Shown: positions 21,501 through 32,400 of the stretch, one piece after another | Numbering within the stretch: the stretch's first letter is position 1 | Layout: each line of letters starts with the position of its first letter | From: Candidatus Hydrogenedentota bacterium | GTDB taxonomy: Bacteria > Hydrogenedentota > Hydrogenedentia > Hydrogenedentales > SLHB01 | Assembly (NCBI GenBank): GCA_963668025.2 | Contig: CAXXTH010000010.1 | Coordinates: forward strand, 576,001 to 640,000 | Length of the DNA: 64,000 bases | Direction of reading: 5' to 3' | Program-made: the position numbers and the translations under genes | The notes under the pieces: generated by a model | What the model was told of the DNA's origin: nothing | Databases searched by the model: none | Seen by the model: only the letters and a program-made list of their open reading frames with translations

Positions 21501-21647
21501 GATGGAACTAGCGATAGCATCTATTTCAACATGAAGTCCACTGAGTCCCTCGAATCAACTGAGCTTAGAAATGGTAACCGGGTTTCATTTTATATTGCGT
21601 TTAACTTTAAAGGACCAGTTGCGGTAGATGTTAAAGCAAATCTGTGA
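18531..21647 (+). CDS. SIR2-STAND NTPase-TPR-cold-shock-domain protein (Avs5/AVAST type V-like antiphage protein)
   Basis: SIR2 motifs LFLGAGAS, TTNYD, KLHG, FIGHSLQD; Walker A GHAGSGKT; Walker B-like FIFVD; helical TPR-like region; C-terminal YGFIKRD..IYF..NGNRVSF..KGPVAVDV (CSD/OB). Visibly AT-richer than its flanks. Confidence 0.85.
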   Translation: MEGDMEISSVLKEQVAQQKVALFLGAGASLDARDVRADRQPSALDGRGLGEKLSDRYLSGKFQDRPLHEIAEYAISESGLVDVQEYIRDEMQYLEPTEAHLLMSRFRWAGLATTNYDLLIEKAYAKSTDACQHPVAFVENGDSVDDKLQTADNVMLLKLHGCITRTRNPKCPLILATDQYITHREGRSRIFAHLKEWSYERTFIFIGHSLQDSDIRQIILEMREEGVDRRHYIVDPNMDAVRLRYWEGRKITCMRFTFLSFLQTLDELLDSPFRNLHIPQTIPRAPALKEIPDQRKDLSSACIGFLTRDVDYVRSLENIPHTTPQLFYKGNSEGWAAIEQDLDVRRRLEDQVLCDYFLDDDASQKNRPTLIVIKGHAGSGKTVLLKRLCWEASRSYERACLYLRDEGTMSVGILQEFLEALPNRLFIFVDQASKRLREIRSLFDHIGSIGAKLTVVTTERINEWNTNCQELSDLVSKEYRLGYLSESEINSLIDLLEKHKSLGALDKKSKEERQHAFKQHAGRQLLVALHEATLGRKFEDIIEDEYRGVVPFQAQSIYLTICVLNRLGVPVRAGVISRIHEVSFEDFKRDFFSPLEMVVQTHRNEILNDFVYTARHPEIAQIVFERILNTEESRFDLYARCLRGLNIDYSVDRQAVRMMIRGRSVLELFPNHEIASQILDLAISTLGSDAYVFHQSALYELHRTNGNLRRVKDLLDKAEECDSTDMSLKHSRAEYHLRCAAQASTLLEEEKHLQAALDVAHALAGLRSATAHPFHTMMKVQMGRLERYLGSISEGEASQETGVLVANAEEVLAKGLQLFPKDSYLLDAEHKLASLLKDSARALTALKDAFDTNPRNAYLAARLAKVYSEMCQSDEAVKVLKAALSANRGNTQLNFELANLLMSMHGHQDDEVEYYLHRSYSPGDGNHKARMLYGQQLYINDKITEAKSVFAELEKANAGYEDRIKPILPLEGRFSGVITRLCGTYGFIKRDGTSDSIYFNMKSTESLESTELRNGNRVSFYIAFNFKGPVAVDVKANL

Positions 21648-21655
21648 AGGACACG

Positions 21656-21679
21656 AAAACGGTAGCTTGCTACCGCTTT
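21656..21679 (+). terminator. Probable intrinsic terminator after the SIR2-STAND gene
   Basis: CGGTAG-CTTG-CTACCG followed by CTTT. Confidence 0.5.
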
Positions 21680-21933
21680 GGGCGTGTGGATTTTGTCTGT
21701 ATGTGCATTTCCTGTCTTGGGGATTCAAAACGAAAGATCCCCCAAAATCCGGCAAGGACACTTCCATATACGGGTAAGCCACGTCAACATAAGTAGTTGC
21801 GGTTATCACACCCCATTTCTTGGGGGAGCCCCTGTGAATAAGCCCATTCCATTTCCCATGGCGTTCATGGTATAGTCGTACAGCCTGAGCGCCATGCGGA
21901 GGCGTTTCGGATCTAGAGTGAGGAAGGCCGGCC

Positions 21934-22284
21934 ATGTCGAAGTCTGTCATTTTTTATCACAATCCTCGCTGCTCGAAAAGCCGCGAAGCCCTTGAACTGC
22001 TGCACGAGAATGGTATTCAGCCCGATGTGGTTGAATACTTGAAGAGCCCCCCCGATGTCGAGGAACTGCGCTTGCTGGTTCAACGGCTGGGGATTGCCCC
22101 TCATGATCTCGTGCGCACCAAAGAAGATGTCTACAAACGGTTAGGGCTGAACGAGGAAAGCTCAGAAGAAGATATCTATCAAGCTATGACTGAGCACCCT
22201 ATTCTGATCGAGCGGCCTATTGTCATCACGTCGAAAGGGGTGGCAATCGGGCGTCCGCCTGCGAACGTCCTCTCTGTTTTATAA
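21934..22284 (+). CDS. arsC: Arsenate reductase, glutaredoxin-type ArsC family
   Basis: YHNPRCSKSR, HPILIERPIV, IGRPP. Confidence 0.92.
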   Translation: MSKSVIFYHNPRCSKSREALELLHENGIQPDVVEYLKSPPDVEELRLLVQRLGIAPHDLVRTKEDVYKRLGLNEESSEEDIYQAMTEHPILIERPIVITSKGVAIGRPPANVLSVL

Positions 22285-22337
22285 CAGCGTGTGAGCCCGG
22301 AGCGTCCGGTGAAGGTGGATACTGCACTGCGGCAATG

Positions 22338-24650
22338 CTAAAGCGATGCGGAGTAGCCGCTTTCGGCGGGCTTTGCCTCTTTATGCATGCGCAGGCAAAT
22401 AAAGGCGAGCAAAATGTATTCCTGCCGGGCGCTGGCGGCCTCCCCCAGGCGCAAGGCGCATTCCTCCCATATTTGCGCCAGCGCCCGGTGATGGCCATGC
22501 AAGGGGATGCGTCGCGCAAACATGCTTAACAACCGCGCCCCTTCATCCATTTGGTGGGAGCCAAACGCGTTGATGCAAGGATCCAGCACGCCAGCAGCTT
22601 CTTCATCCGGGCCCGCCAGGCGAACCATGTAGGACTGCAAATTCATGATTTCGTTGGCGTAGCGTGTCCCGGGATGCATGTCCGCGTCGCGGCATAATTG
22701 GATGAATTGGGATTCCGCGTCGAGCATGCGCGCCAATGCAAGCGCTACTTCACGCCGGGATTGGTTCGATTCGAGTTCATATAAAAACTCAAGAAGAGAC
22801 GGCGCCATGCTTTCGACTTGCAGCCCTCCAAGAGCGGCTGCATAAGCGAGGCGAAGCCGCGCATCGCGCTCTTGTATGAAGCGCTCCGCCAGCAGCGGCC
22901 CGGATGTGGTGTCCTCAAGAGCGGCCAGCGCCCGCGCCGCCGCCGATTGCAGGATAGGATGGCTGGAATCTAGGCAAGCTCGCAATGCGGGGATGGCGTC
23001 CGGATCGCCCCGGCGCCCAAGCGCCCAAGCGGTGACGCTGCGCAATTCAAGATCGCCGCTGGCCAGCATGTCGGAAAGCGCCTTGGTGACGCCGGGATCG
23101 CTTGCCATTCGCGCGACAGCGATAATGGCCTCGAGGCGCACGCTATAACTGGGATCATTGAGATCCGCCAGCAATTCACGCGTCGTGAGTGGGCTCTTTG
23201 CTTCTCCCATTTGCTGGGTCACCGAGAGGCGCTGATGCTCATCTTTCGAGCGGCGGTACCGCATGAGGGATTGTGCGGCGGTGAAGGCGTTGCCTCGCAT
23301 GAATAGGGCGATAAACTCGCCCAGCGACATCGAGGTGTCGGTTTTGATTTCGCGGAAGAGCAAAGCGCCGCCAATGAAGGATAACGCCGCCAATAGGATA
23401 AGGGGGCTGTATGCATTGATGGCGATGAAACCAAGCTCACCTGAAATCGAGCGGCTGGCGTCGAGCAGCTTGCCTGCCACCAAAGGCGCTATGCCGCCGC
23501 AGAATCCCAGCCAGGCGTAATACAAGGAAAGATAATTCGTGTTGCGTTCTTCCGGCACCATGGACACCATCAAGATGCGTGAATCGGCAAGCGTATAGCC
23601 TGGGAGCACCACACCCGACATGAAATTGATGGCCAGCACGCCGGCAAGGCTCATCATGCCTGCTTCACGTGGCACGAGCACCCAGCCCAGGGTGACGAAG
23701 GCGGAACAGAAAAGGCAAAAAAGCATCACGGGGCGGCTTCCGAAACGGTCAATGATCCAGCCCCAAAAATAGGTCACGGCGGCGCTAACGGGCAATACGG
23801 CCATACTGATCAGCATGATCATGGAGGAGCTTAAACCCACTTTCTCTTTCATATACAACGTCATAAATGCAGTCGAGCCCAAGCCAAGGACCACCATGCC
23901 GACTCCGCCCAGATAGAACAAGAAGGATTTATCTTGCAGTGCGCTCAGATAACCGGCCCAATGCCGGTTTGGTCCGGGCTTGCGGGGCCGGGGCTTTCCT
24001 CCGGGAGAATGGGAGGCCGCCCACACGGACACAAAACCGAAAACCACCCCGATGGAAAGCAATATCATGTAAGGGTAAAGCCCTTCGAATGCATGCACGA
24101 ACCACGCCGCCGTCCCCATGGCCACGGCCATCGCCAAACTCGAGAGGGCCGTGTTCACCGCATTGAACCGGCCCCGCACCCGGTTAGGAACAAGCTCTTG
24201 CGTCCACGGATATACCGCCGTTTCCGATATGGAGCGGCAAATGGAAAACACCAAAATGCACCCCGCTACATACAGGAAAGCGCCTTGCACTTTATACCGT
24301 TCTAGCACCCAGGGCGTAAGCAGCAGGCACGCCGTGGCCACTTTGCGCATGCCGAAAAAGAGCAGGTAGGTGCGCTTGAATCCAAAGCGGGCGGTAAATG
24401 ACACCACAAATGGTGCGAGCAGGCCGCAGAACGGAAAGAAGGAGAGAAGGAGCCCTATCTTGGATTTGGGCAGCCCGAGTTCATCCATGAAAAGCATGAA
24501 GACGGCGCCGAATACCGTGAGCATGCAGAACACGGCATTGGCCGTGTATTGCACATACAGCCAGCGCAGCCGCCTGAGCTTGACTGCTTCCGTCAGTATG
24601 AGAGCTTTCCGCTGCATATATCTATTCCAGCATTTCCGCCAGCCTTGCAT
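22338..24650 (-). CDS. MFS transporter fused to C-terminal HEAT repeats (start may be ATG 24620)
   Basis: About 12 TM segments with WGWIIDRFGSRP, then HEAT-like repeats (LNDPSYSVRLEAIIAVA, AWALGRRGDPDAIPAL). Confidence 0.85.
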   Translation of the reverse strand: MQGWRKCWNRYMQRKALILTEAVKLRRLRWLYVQYTANAVFCMLTVFGAVFMLFMDELGLPKSKIGLLLSFFPFCGLLAPFVVSFTARFGFKRTYLLFFGMRKVATACLLLTPWVLERYKVQGAFLYVAGCILVFSICRSISETAVYPWTQELVPNRVRGRFNAVNTALSSLAMAVAMGTAAWFVHAFEGLYPYMILLSIGVVFGFVSVWAASHSPGGKPRPRKPGPNRHWAGYLSALQDKSFLFYLGGVGMVVLGLGSTAFMTLYMKEKVGLSSSMIMLISMAVLPVSAAVTYFWGWIIDRFGSRPVMLFCLFCSAFVTLGWVLVPREAGMMSLAGVLAINFMSGVVLPGYTLADSRILMVSMVPEERNTNYLSLYYAWLGFCGGIAPLVAGKLLDASRSISGELGFIAINAYSPLILLAALSFIGGALLFREIKTDTSMSLGEFIALFMRGNAFTAAQSLMRYRRSKDEHQRLSVTQQMGEAKSPLTTRELLADLNDPSYSVRLEAIIAVARMASDPGVTKALSDMLASGDLELRSVTAWALGRRGDPDAIPALRACLDSSHPILQSAAARALAALEDTTSGPLLAERFIQERDARLRLAYAAALGGLQVESMAPSLLEFLYELESNQSRREVALALARMLDAESQFIQLCRDADMHPGTRYANEIMNLQSYMVRLAGPDEEAAGVLDPCINAFGSHQMDEGARLLSMFARRIPLHGHHRALAQIWEECALRLGEAASARQEYILLAFICLRMHKEAKPAESGYSASL

Positions 24651-24673
24651 CAGGCGGCCCTTGTCGGGTAAGT

Positions 24674-25333
24674 ATGGCGAAACGAATGCGCGCCGTCCAG
24701 TTTCCCATTCCGGGGGCTGGGCGGCACGCCGTGCTTCGGCGTATTGTAAAGAGGATTATCCCATTGAAGAAATCGGAGTTCCATGCGTGTGTGTTGTTGG
24801 ACCGTGATGGCGTGATCAATGCATCCGTGCGCGACGGATATGTGGTTTCGCCGGAAGGTATTCGGCTGCTGCCTGGGGTGGGCGAAGCCATCGCGGAATT
24901 AAACCGCCACGGATTTGCCGTACTGGTTATTTCGAACCAGCAAGGCGTTGCCAAAGGCGTTATGACCCCTGAGGACCTGGATGCCGTTACAGAAACCGTG
25001 CGGGCGGGCGTATCGGCCGCGGGCGGAACCATCGCCGAGTTCTTCTACTGCACCCATTTGGCCGCGGAGAATTGCCCCTGCCGGAAGCCCAAGCCCGGCC
25101 TCGTCCAACAAGCGCAAGCGCGTTACGGCTTCGAGCTTGCCCAGACGTATCTCGTGGGCGATTCCTATATTGATATGGAGACGGCCCGGCAAGCAGGATG
25201 CCCGGGCATTTTCGTACTCAGCGGCCTGGACGCCGGGCGCTATCATGCCGGAGAACCCCTCCCCATGAAGCCCGCGCATGTGGCGGGCAACTTGCCGGAA
25301 GCCGTACGCTATATCCTCGAAAATGCGCCATAA
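24674..25333 (+). CDS. gmhB: D,D-heptose-1,7-bisphosphate phosphatase / HAD-IIIA family (true start probably later, near 24764)
   Basis: LLDRDGVIN, ISNQQG, CTH..CPCRKPKPG, VGDS. Confidence 0.85.
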   Translation: MAKRMRAVQFPIPGAGRHAVLRRIVKRIIPLKKSEFHACVLLDRDGVINASVRDGYVVSPEGIRLLPGVGEAIAELNRHGFAVLVISNQQGVAKGVMTPEDLDAVTETVRAGVSAAGGTIAEFFYCTHLAAENCPCRKPKPGLVQQAQARYGFELAQTYLVGDSYIDMETARQAGCPGIFVLSGLDAGRYHAGEPLPMKPAHVAGNLPEAVRYILENAP

Positions 25334-25343
25334 GCAGGCGCGG

Positions 25344-25712
25344 CTAGGCGCATATCTCGGCCAGCGCACTCAATAAATCACGCTGCAAAATAGGCTTATG
25401 CAGCGTTTTATGCGCCCCGACCATTTTGGCCGCTGTCAGGAAATCAGCAGGCATGCGCGGCGAACCGCCAGAAACAGCGAGGATCTTTATGGAGGGAAAA
25501 TCCCGGCGCACCTCCATAATGATCTCGATACCTTCTTTCTCGGGCATAAAAATGTCGGTGATTAGCACATCAAAAGAATCCCGTCGCAGCATATCGAGGC
25601 CTGTTTTTCCATTATCGGCATCCATGGCCTCATAACCGGCATGGCGTAGCATTTCACATAACATGCTGCGCACTTGGTCGTCATCATCTATGACCAATAC
25701 TCGGGGCGCCAT
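25344..25712 (-). CDS. Single-domain response regulator
   Basis: VLVIDDD, TDIFMPEKEG, VSGG, KP. Confidence 0.93.
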   Translation of the reverse strand: MAPRVLVIDDDDQVRSMLCEMLRHAGYEAMDADNGKTGLDMLRRDSFDVLITDIFMPEKEGIEIIMEVRRDFPSIKILAVSGGSPRMPADFLTAAKMVGAHKTLHKPILQRDLLSALAEICA

Positions 25713-28700
25713 TATTACCCTCCGTTTCGTTTTTATCCAATGCTCTCCGCAACGCCGTACTGAGGTTACGCAGCACCAGCGGTTTCATTACAAATTCAGA
25801 AATGCCCATCTTGTGCGCCATCGTTTCATCCATATAATCACTAAACCCCGTCATCAACAAAATAGGGGCGCCTGGCAATATTTTAAGAATTTCAACGGCC
25901 AGTTTATCCCCAGTAAGGCCCGGCATGGTCTGGTCCGTCATCACCAAATCAAAAGCGCTTGGATTACGGCGGAATAATTCCAGCGCCTCGATGCTGCTCT
26001 GGCGCGCGGTGACCTCATACCCGAGCCGTTCCAGCATCTGGGTGCACATATCGAGAACGGCCGCTTCATCATCCACAAGCAGGATGCGCTCCATTCCGCC
26101 AGGTATCAGTTCATTCCGGTTCGCTTCCGACACCTCCACATCATCCAAGCGCGGAAGATACACCGTAAAGGTTGAACCTTTTCCAACTTCACTATGCACC
26201 GTAATAGCGCCATTATGGCTGGCGACAATGCCGTGGACCGTGGACAAGCCCAGCCCAGTGCCTTCACCCACTCGTTTCGTTGAAAAAAACGGATCGAAGA
26301 TGCGGCCAAGTATGACCTTATCTATTCCATGCCCCGTATCCTCCACGGCAAGCCGGATATAAGCGCCTTGTTTCAAACCCGTGCCAGGAATCTGCTCTTC
26401 TTTTTCCAGCAGAATTGGCGCGAGCGACACCCGCAAGCGCCCGCCCGTTTCGCGCATGGCTTGATATGCGTTTGTGCATAAGTTCATGAGGATCTGATGG
26501 ATCTGGGTCGCGTCGCCCAGCACATACCCGCAATTCTCATCCACCTTGCTTTCTATGGTGATCGTGCTGGGGATGGATGCCCGCAATAATTTCATCACCT
26601 CTTTTACAATCGTATGGACCAATACAGGCCGCCACTTTTGCTCCGCTTGCCGGCTAAAGGTAAGTATTTGGCGTACTAATTCCCGCGCCCGTTCACCCGC
26701 CCGGTAGACTTCATCGAGATAACCGCGCTGCGGGCTGCCTTCCGGCATGTCGTGCATGACCATGTCCGTATAACCTAAGATAGGGGACAGAATATTGTTG
26801 AAATCATGGGCGATGCCCCCGGCCAATGTGCCGATAGCCTCCATTTTCTGCGCTTGGCGGAGCTGGTTTTCAAGCCGGATTTGTTGGGTTACATCTTGCT
26901 TAACGGCGGCGTAGCTCGATATGCGCCCATGGGTGTCGCGGATGGGTGAAATAATCGTATCTTCAACAAACCGGGTGCCATTCTTCCGTTTGTTGATTAC
27001 GCGGCCCTGCCAGGTCTCCCCTCTCTTGAGCGTGTTCCACATCTGCTCGTAAAACGAATCATCGTGTTTCCCGCTCTTCAAGATGCGCGGAGTCTTGCCC
27101 AAAACCTCTTCCCGTGTATACCCCGTCGTACGTTCAAAAGCGCTGTTCACATATAAGATAACGCCATTCAGGTCCGTGATGATAAACGCCTCGACTGCTT
27201 GCGCGATAGCTTCCTCGAGGCGGGTGCGCTCCGCCTCGGCCCGTATGCGTTCGCTGACATCCCGAAGAGTGACCAATATGACCTGTTCATTTTCCCACGG
27301 AATAAGGGTGGCGGTGAGATCCATCGGGCAGTTCAAGCCATCGCTTCGTAGAAATTCCAGCGATTGAAACACCGCTCCCTCGACACGCAATACCTCAGGC
27401 CAGTCGGGGATAATCTCTTTTTGCTCAGGTGGGTATAAAATCTTAAATGACTTGCCCAACAGATCCGCTTCCATATACCCCAAAATATCTGTTATGCGCG
27501 GATTCACGTTGAGTATCGTGAGATCATCACTGCGTATCAACAGAATGGCGTCCAAGGACTCCATGAACATGATTTGAAACTTGCGGTTCGACTCGATCAA
27601 TTCCTGCTCGGTGCGGATGCGCTGCGCGGCGCTGGTAACCACGTCGCCTATGGATTTCAACATGGTGATGTCTTCCAGAAACCAAGACATTGGCCCCTGA
27701 GTGCGGGACAGGGCAAAAAAACCGGATAACACACTGCCGGAATGGAGCGGGACGGCCAATGCGGCTTGCGCTCCCAGCTTCCGGCAATACTCCTGTTCGA
27801 CGGAAGCTTCGGGAGGCAGATCATTCACGTCATGAATCACGATATTCTCGAAACAGCTCAGCTTTTCTAAGGCCCAAGGAAAGTCAAAAAGCGTTTGGGC
27901 GGCATGAATATCCCGATGTGGCGGCAATCCACTTATGTGCCACTCATGCACTTGTGTAACACTACCAGTTTTACTATTTAAAAGCATAAGAAGCACCCGG
28001 TCCACCTGCAAGATTTCCCCCGCGCCCTGCAAAGCAAACTGGATCGTATGGTCAAGATCCTCTTGGTGCGCTTTCACCAGAGCCGCCGAGACAATGGCGG
28101 CCAAACGTTCGAGTTCGAGCCTGCGGTGCAGCGCCTCCGCGGCGAGCCCTTGCTCCGTCACATCCCGATCGATTCCCAAACAGCCCGTTAAGCGCCCATT
28201 TGAATCAAAGCTGGCCTGTCCGCTGCTCTCGAACTGGCGGAGGCTGCCATCGGCATGGAAAAATCGAAAAGGCTGGTTACGCCAGCCGTGGCTTGCACAT
28301 GCAAGCTCAGAAAGAAGCTGCTTGGCCAAGCTGCGGTCATCTGGGTGTAAAAGGCTGCTTCGCGGCCGTCCCAGCAATTCATCCGGCGTATACCCTAACA
28401 GCTTTTCAATTGCGTCATTTGAATAAGTAATGCAATCCATATTATCCGTTGACCACACCCAATCGGGCGTCGATTCGACAAGCTGCCGGTATTTGTTTTC
28501 GGATACCTGAAGCGCGTGCGAAGCACGGCGTTGCTCCATCACATGGCGCAACACCCGGTCAAGGGACTCGGGAGATGCTTCATCCTTCGTAAGATAATCC
28601 TGTGCGCCGGCCCGGAGGGCTTCGACGGCGGCCCGCTCGCCGCCCATTCCAGTAAGTAAAACGCAGGCAGCCTCGCACCCTTCCTCGAGCAACCGCTGGA

Positions 28701-28953
28701 TTAGCGCCGTGCCCGTCATGGGCCCCAACAGATAATCAATAAAAACGACATCGGGCCGGAGCGTGGGAATATGCAACAGCGCTTCTTCCGGGTCCTCGAA
28801 AATCTTGTATTCTATCTCCCAAAAGGGAAGCTCATACAGCCGCCTGCCCAGCAATACGCCATCCGCTCGGGAATCATCAATGATGGCTACACATATCCCT
28901 GTTTTCATCATTTCTTCTCCATCTTTAGCGTATAGGCAGCGTGCAGGATTCAA
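25684..28953 (-). CDS. Hybrid histidine kinase REC-PAS-GAF-PAS-PAS-HisKA-HATPase-REC
   Basis: N-terminal IIDDS..FIDY receiver, PAS repeats, [21 protein letters not shown]-terminal LLVDDE..TDQTMP receiver. Confidence 0.93.
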   Translation of the reverse strand: MNPARCLYAKDGEEMMKTGICVAIIDDSRADGVLLGRRLYELPFWEIEYKIFEDPEEALLHIPTLRPDVVFIDYLLGPMTGTALIQRLLEEGCEAACVLLTGMGGERAAVEALRAGAQDYLTKDEASPESLDRVLRHVMEQRRASHALQVSENKYRQLVESTPDWVWSTDNMDCITYSNDAIEKLLGYTPDELLGRPRSSLLHPDDRSLAKQLLSELACASHGWRNQPFRFFHADGSLRQFESSGQASFDSNGRLTGCLGIDRDVTEQGLAAEALHRRLELERLAAIVSAALVKAHQEDLDHTIQFALQGAGEILQVDRVLLMLLNSKTGSVTQVHEWHISGLPPHRDIHAAQTLFDFPWALEKLSCFENIVIHDVNDLPPEASVEQEYCRKLGAQAALAVPLHSGSVLSGFFALSRTQGPMSWFLEDITMLKSIGDVVTSAAQRIRTEQELIESNRKFQIMFMESLDAILLIRSDDLTILNVNPRITDILGYMEADLLGKSFKILYPPEQKEIIPDWPEVLRVEGAVFQSLEFLRSDGLNCPMDLTATLIPWENEQVILVTLRDVSERIRAEAERTRLEEAIAQAVEAFIITDLNGVILYVNSAFERTTGYTREEVLGKTPRILKSGKHDDSFYEQMWNTLKRGETWQGRVINKRKNGTRFVEDTIISPIRDTHGRISSYAAVKQDVTQQIRLENQLRQAQKMEAIGTLAGGIAHDFNNILSPILGYTDMVMHDMPEGSPQRGYLDEVYRAGERARELVRQILTFSRQAEQKWRPVLVHTIVKEVMKLLRASIPSTITIESKVDENCGYVLGDATQIHQILMNLCTNAYQAMRETGGRLRVSLAPILLEKEEQIPGTGLKQGAYIRLAVEDTGHGIDKVILGRIFDPFFSTKRVGEGTGLGLSTVHGIVASHNGAITVHSEVGKGSTFTVYLPRLDDVEVSEANRNELIPGGMERILLVDDEAAVLDMCTQMLERLGYEVTARQSSIEALELFRRNPSAFDLVMTDQTMPGLTGDKLAVEILKILPGAPILLMTGFSDYMDETMAHKMGISEFVMKPLVLRNLSTALRRALDKNETEGNNGAPSIGHR

Positions 28954-29422
28954 ACCAGAAATCCTTCAAATGCTGGAGCAGCTTTTCGAACTTGCCGAGT
29001 TCCACCGGCTTGACCAGATAAGCGTTCGCGCCAAGCGCATACGCTTCGGAGACATCATCCTCGTTATCGGATACGCTGAGCATGATCACGGGGATCGTAC
29101 GCAGCTTTTCGGACGCCCGCATGTGTTGCAATACTTGCTTGCCATTCACGCGGGGCATGTTGATATCCAGCAGCACGATATCCGGCCGTGGGCTTGTAGC
29201 CTCATCCGCATATGGGCCGCGATGCTCCAAATACGCTATGGCTTCCTCGCCATCTTCAACAATGTGCAATTCCTTATCCGCATCCGTATCCGCAGTCCGC
29301 AAGCTCCTGCGGGCTAAATTTTGGTCCGCGGGATTATCCTCCGCCAGTAAGATAATTTTGACTTCAGGTTCGTGAAGTCTATTCATGCGTGTGAACCTCC
29401 TCCCTTTTGAGTTCCGCGCCAA
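28925..29422 (-). CDS. Rcp1-like single-domain response regulator (start probably ATG 29386)
   Basis: LLAEDNPAD, RPDIVLLDINMPRVNG, GANAYLVKP, FW C-terminus. Confidence 0.92.
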   Translation of the reverse strand: MARNSKGRRFTRMNRLHEPEVKIILLAEDNPADQNLARRSLRTADTDADKELHIVEDGEEAIAYLEHRGPYADEATSPRPDIVLLDINMPRVNGKQVLQHMRASEKLRTIPVIMLSVSDNEDDVSEAYALGANAYLVKPVELGKFEKLLQHLKDFWFESCTLPIR

Positions 29423-32400
29423 GCACGGTGAAGCACATCGTGGTTCCTTTGCCTAATACCGGCTCCGCCCAGATCTGCCCTCCGTGCCGCTGGACAATTT
29501 TCCGGCAAATCGCCAGCCCAATCCCCGTTCCTTCGTATTGGCTTCTCCCATGCAGCCGCTTAAAGGGTATAAAAATTTGTTCGCTATACGCGGGATCAAA
29601 TCCGATGCCATTATCCGCTACCATTATTTTCCAAAAATCCTCTGCTGCACGGCATGCCGAAATATGCACTTGCGGCGGAGCGCCATGGTGGAATTTGATC
29701 GCATTGCTCAACAGATTTTGAATTACCCGGGTGATTTGCAGCCGGTCAGCCCGGATGACGGGCAGGCGGTCGAACGTAATCTCCGCCTTTGTCTCCCGGA
29801 TGCGCCGTCTTAAATCCTTGATCGAAGACTCTACACACGCATTTAAATCCACCGTCAGCAGATCATATTCTTTGCGCCCGGCCCGGGAAAGCTGGAGCAG
29901 ATCCTGCACCAGCACCTTCATCCGCCCTGAGGCCTCCACGATGAAGCGAATATCCTCATCCGCTTGCTCCGAGAGCTCCACACCCATGTCGGAACGCAAC
30001 AGCTCACAATACGAAGCTATCGTGCGCAACGGTTCCTGGAGATCATGGCTGGCCACATAATTGAACTCTTCAAGCTCCGTATTCGCTTGAGCGAGCTGCT
30101 CGATTTGCCGCCGGATCAGCTCCTCCGAATGCTTGCGCTCCGTAATATCCGTAATCACCCCTATGAGCCCCGCTTGCGCGCCATCGGAATGATAAAACGT
30201 GGCTTTGCTGGAAATCGCCTGGCGCATGTGCTGGTCCGCGCTGGGTAATTGAAACTCAAATGTTAGAACTCCTGGCTTCCGCATGAGTTCCTTGTCTTGC
30301 CTCCAAAATAACTCCGCGATATCGGATGGCCAGGTTTCATGTACGGTTTTACCGACAATCTGGCTGGCGGACGCACCTAAAAAGGTCTCGAAGGCCTTGT
30401 TGCATCCAAGATACCGCCCTTCAGAATCCTTATAGAAAACGGGATTCGGGAGCGCGACCATTAATGCATTCATGAAGCTAAGCTGTTGCTCGAGTTCGGC
30501 TTTTGTCGATTCAAGAGCCCGCAATGCGCTTTGGCGGACGGTGACATCTTGCACGGTCCCTACAAGCTTGATAATGCGCCCGGATGCATCCGCCTCAGAC
30601 GCCAGAATGGAATGCTGATGCATTTGGTCGCCCGAAGGCCGTAGCGTGACCATATCTAGCTCGAATACGCTGCTTTGCCGCGACAAAGACTCGATAATCT
30701 CTTGCAGCTTGCGCGCATCTTCCGCGGGATAATACGCCAGCGTCTGTTCAAAAGAGAGCGCGCCTTCCGCGGGAGCACGCTCGAACAGCCGGTAAAGCTG
30801 CTCGGACCACGTGGTTTCACCGGTTTCTAGATTATACTCCCAATTGCCGATCTTGCCGAGCCGCTGGGCCTCTTCAAGCTGCTTTCGGATAGTATGGAGC
30901 GTCTTGTTCGCCTGGGTCAGTTCCTTCGTGCGCTCCGCGACATGCGCCTCAAGGCTTGCGTGGGCCTGGCGCAGATCTTCATGCGCTTTTTTTAAGCTCG
31001 TGATATCCTGCATCGAGCCCGACATGCGCACGGGGCGGCCGTCTTCGCCGCGCAATGCCTGGCCCCGCAAACGGAACCAGCGATAGGAGCCTTGCTTGTC
31101 GAGGAGGCGGAACTCGGTGTCATATGGCTTGTTTTCCTCCAGATGCAGGCGTATCGACTCATCCGCCCGTTCGATATCGTCCGGATGCATCCGCCTGCGT
31201 AGAGAACCAAATGTCGGCTCGATCTCACCAAGCTCATATCCAAGATGCTGGTACATGCGGGGCGACCACCATCCCCGGTCATGCTCGATATCCGTCCAAT
31301 CCCAGAAACCATCATTCGAGCCGCTGATTGCCAGCATGAACCGCTGTTCACTCTCCCGCAAGGCCTGCACCGCGTCTTTGCGTTCCCGCACTTCCGCCCC
31401 AAGCTGCCGGATGGCGTCCGCCAGCTCCGCTGTACGCTCAAGAACGCGCCGTTCGAGCTCGGTATTGAGTTCCCGTACAACTGCTTCCGCACGCTTGCGG
31501 TCCGATATATCCGAGAAAGTGCCAACCATGCGGGTGGGGATGCCGTCTTCGCGGCGCGCCACTACAATCCCCTTGGATAGAATCCATCGCACATCGCCCT
31601 GCTGGGTGTACATGCGGAATTCCATGGAAAAACCTTCCCGGCGCTCCCGCGTATAATAGGCCATTTGCCCGAGAACCATTTCTTTATCGTCGGGGTGAAG
31701 AAGGCTGGCCCACGCATTAAAACTGCTGGGAAACTCGTCCGGCTCATATCCCAGCATCGTATAGCAACGCGGGCTGTAATACGCTTGATTTGTATCGAGT
31801 TCCCAATCCCACAACCCGTCATTGGCCGCCATCATGGCGTAATGGAGGCGTTCTTCACTTTCCCTCAAGCTCAACTCGGCGCGGCGAAGGCGGGTGATGT
31901 CCACAAAGGTGAGCACAATTCCGTCACACCGCCCTTCTTCATCCCGGTATGGCAAGATTCGGCTTAAAAGCCATGCGCCTTGGCGGGTTCTCATTTCCCG
32001 TTCGATCTCGGAACCGAACTGGCCTACGCGGCGGATATCGTCCAGTAGGGCTTCCGGCGCTATCAGCGTAGTCGAAATATGGCCGATCGAGACGCCTCTG
32101 TCTTCAGGCGGCAATTCAAACAGGAGCAATGCTTTACGCGTGTAGCGCCGGATACACATGGCGTTATCCAACAAGATGACGCTTATATCGGTGGCGCGCA
32201 AAAGATTGTTGATATCATTGGCTTGGCGTATAAGTTCGACGTGCTTTTGATCCACGAGGGCATTGATGGCGATGAGCTCTTCATTGCTCGATATTAGCTC
32301 TTCATTCGCGGCCTGCAATTCCTCGTTGCTGACCTGCAATTCCTCATTCGCGGTCAATAATTCTAGGCTTTTCGCTTCCTGCTCTTCCTTGGCCGCTCGT

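Noticed and set aside
21690-21900. Structured ncRNA between the SIR2-STAND gene and arsC (GGGGAT..ATCCCC stem)
   Set aside because: Only one short stem and no recognisable family motif, which is insufficient without covariance evidence.
21934-22284. Arsenic-resistance operon
   Set aside because: arsC is alone, with no arsR, arsB or acr3 adjacent.
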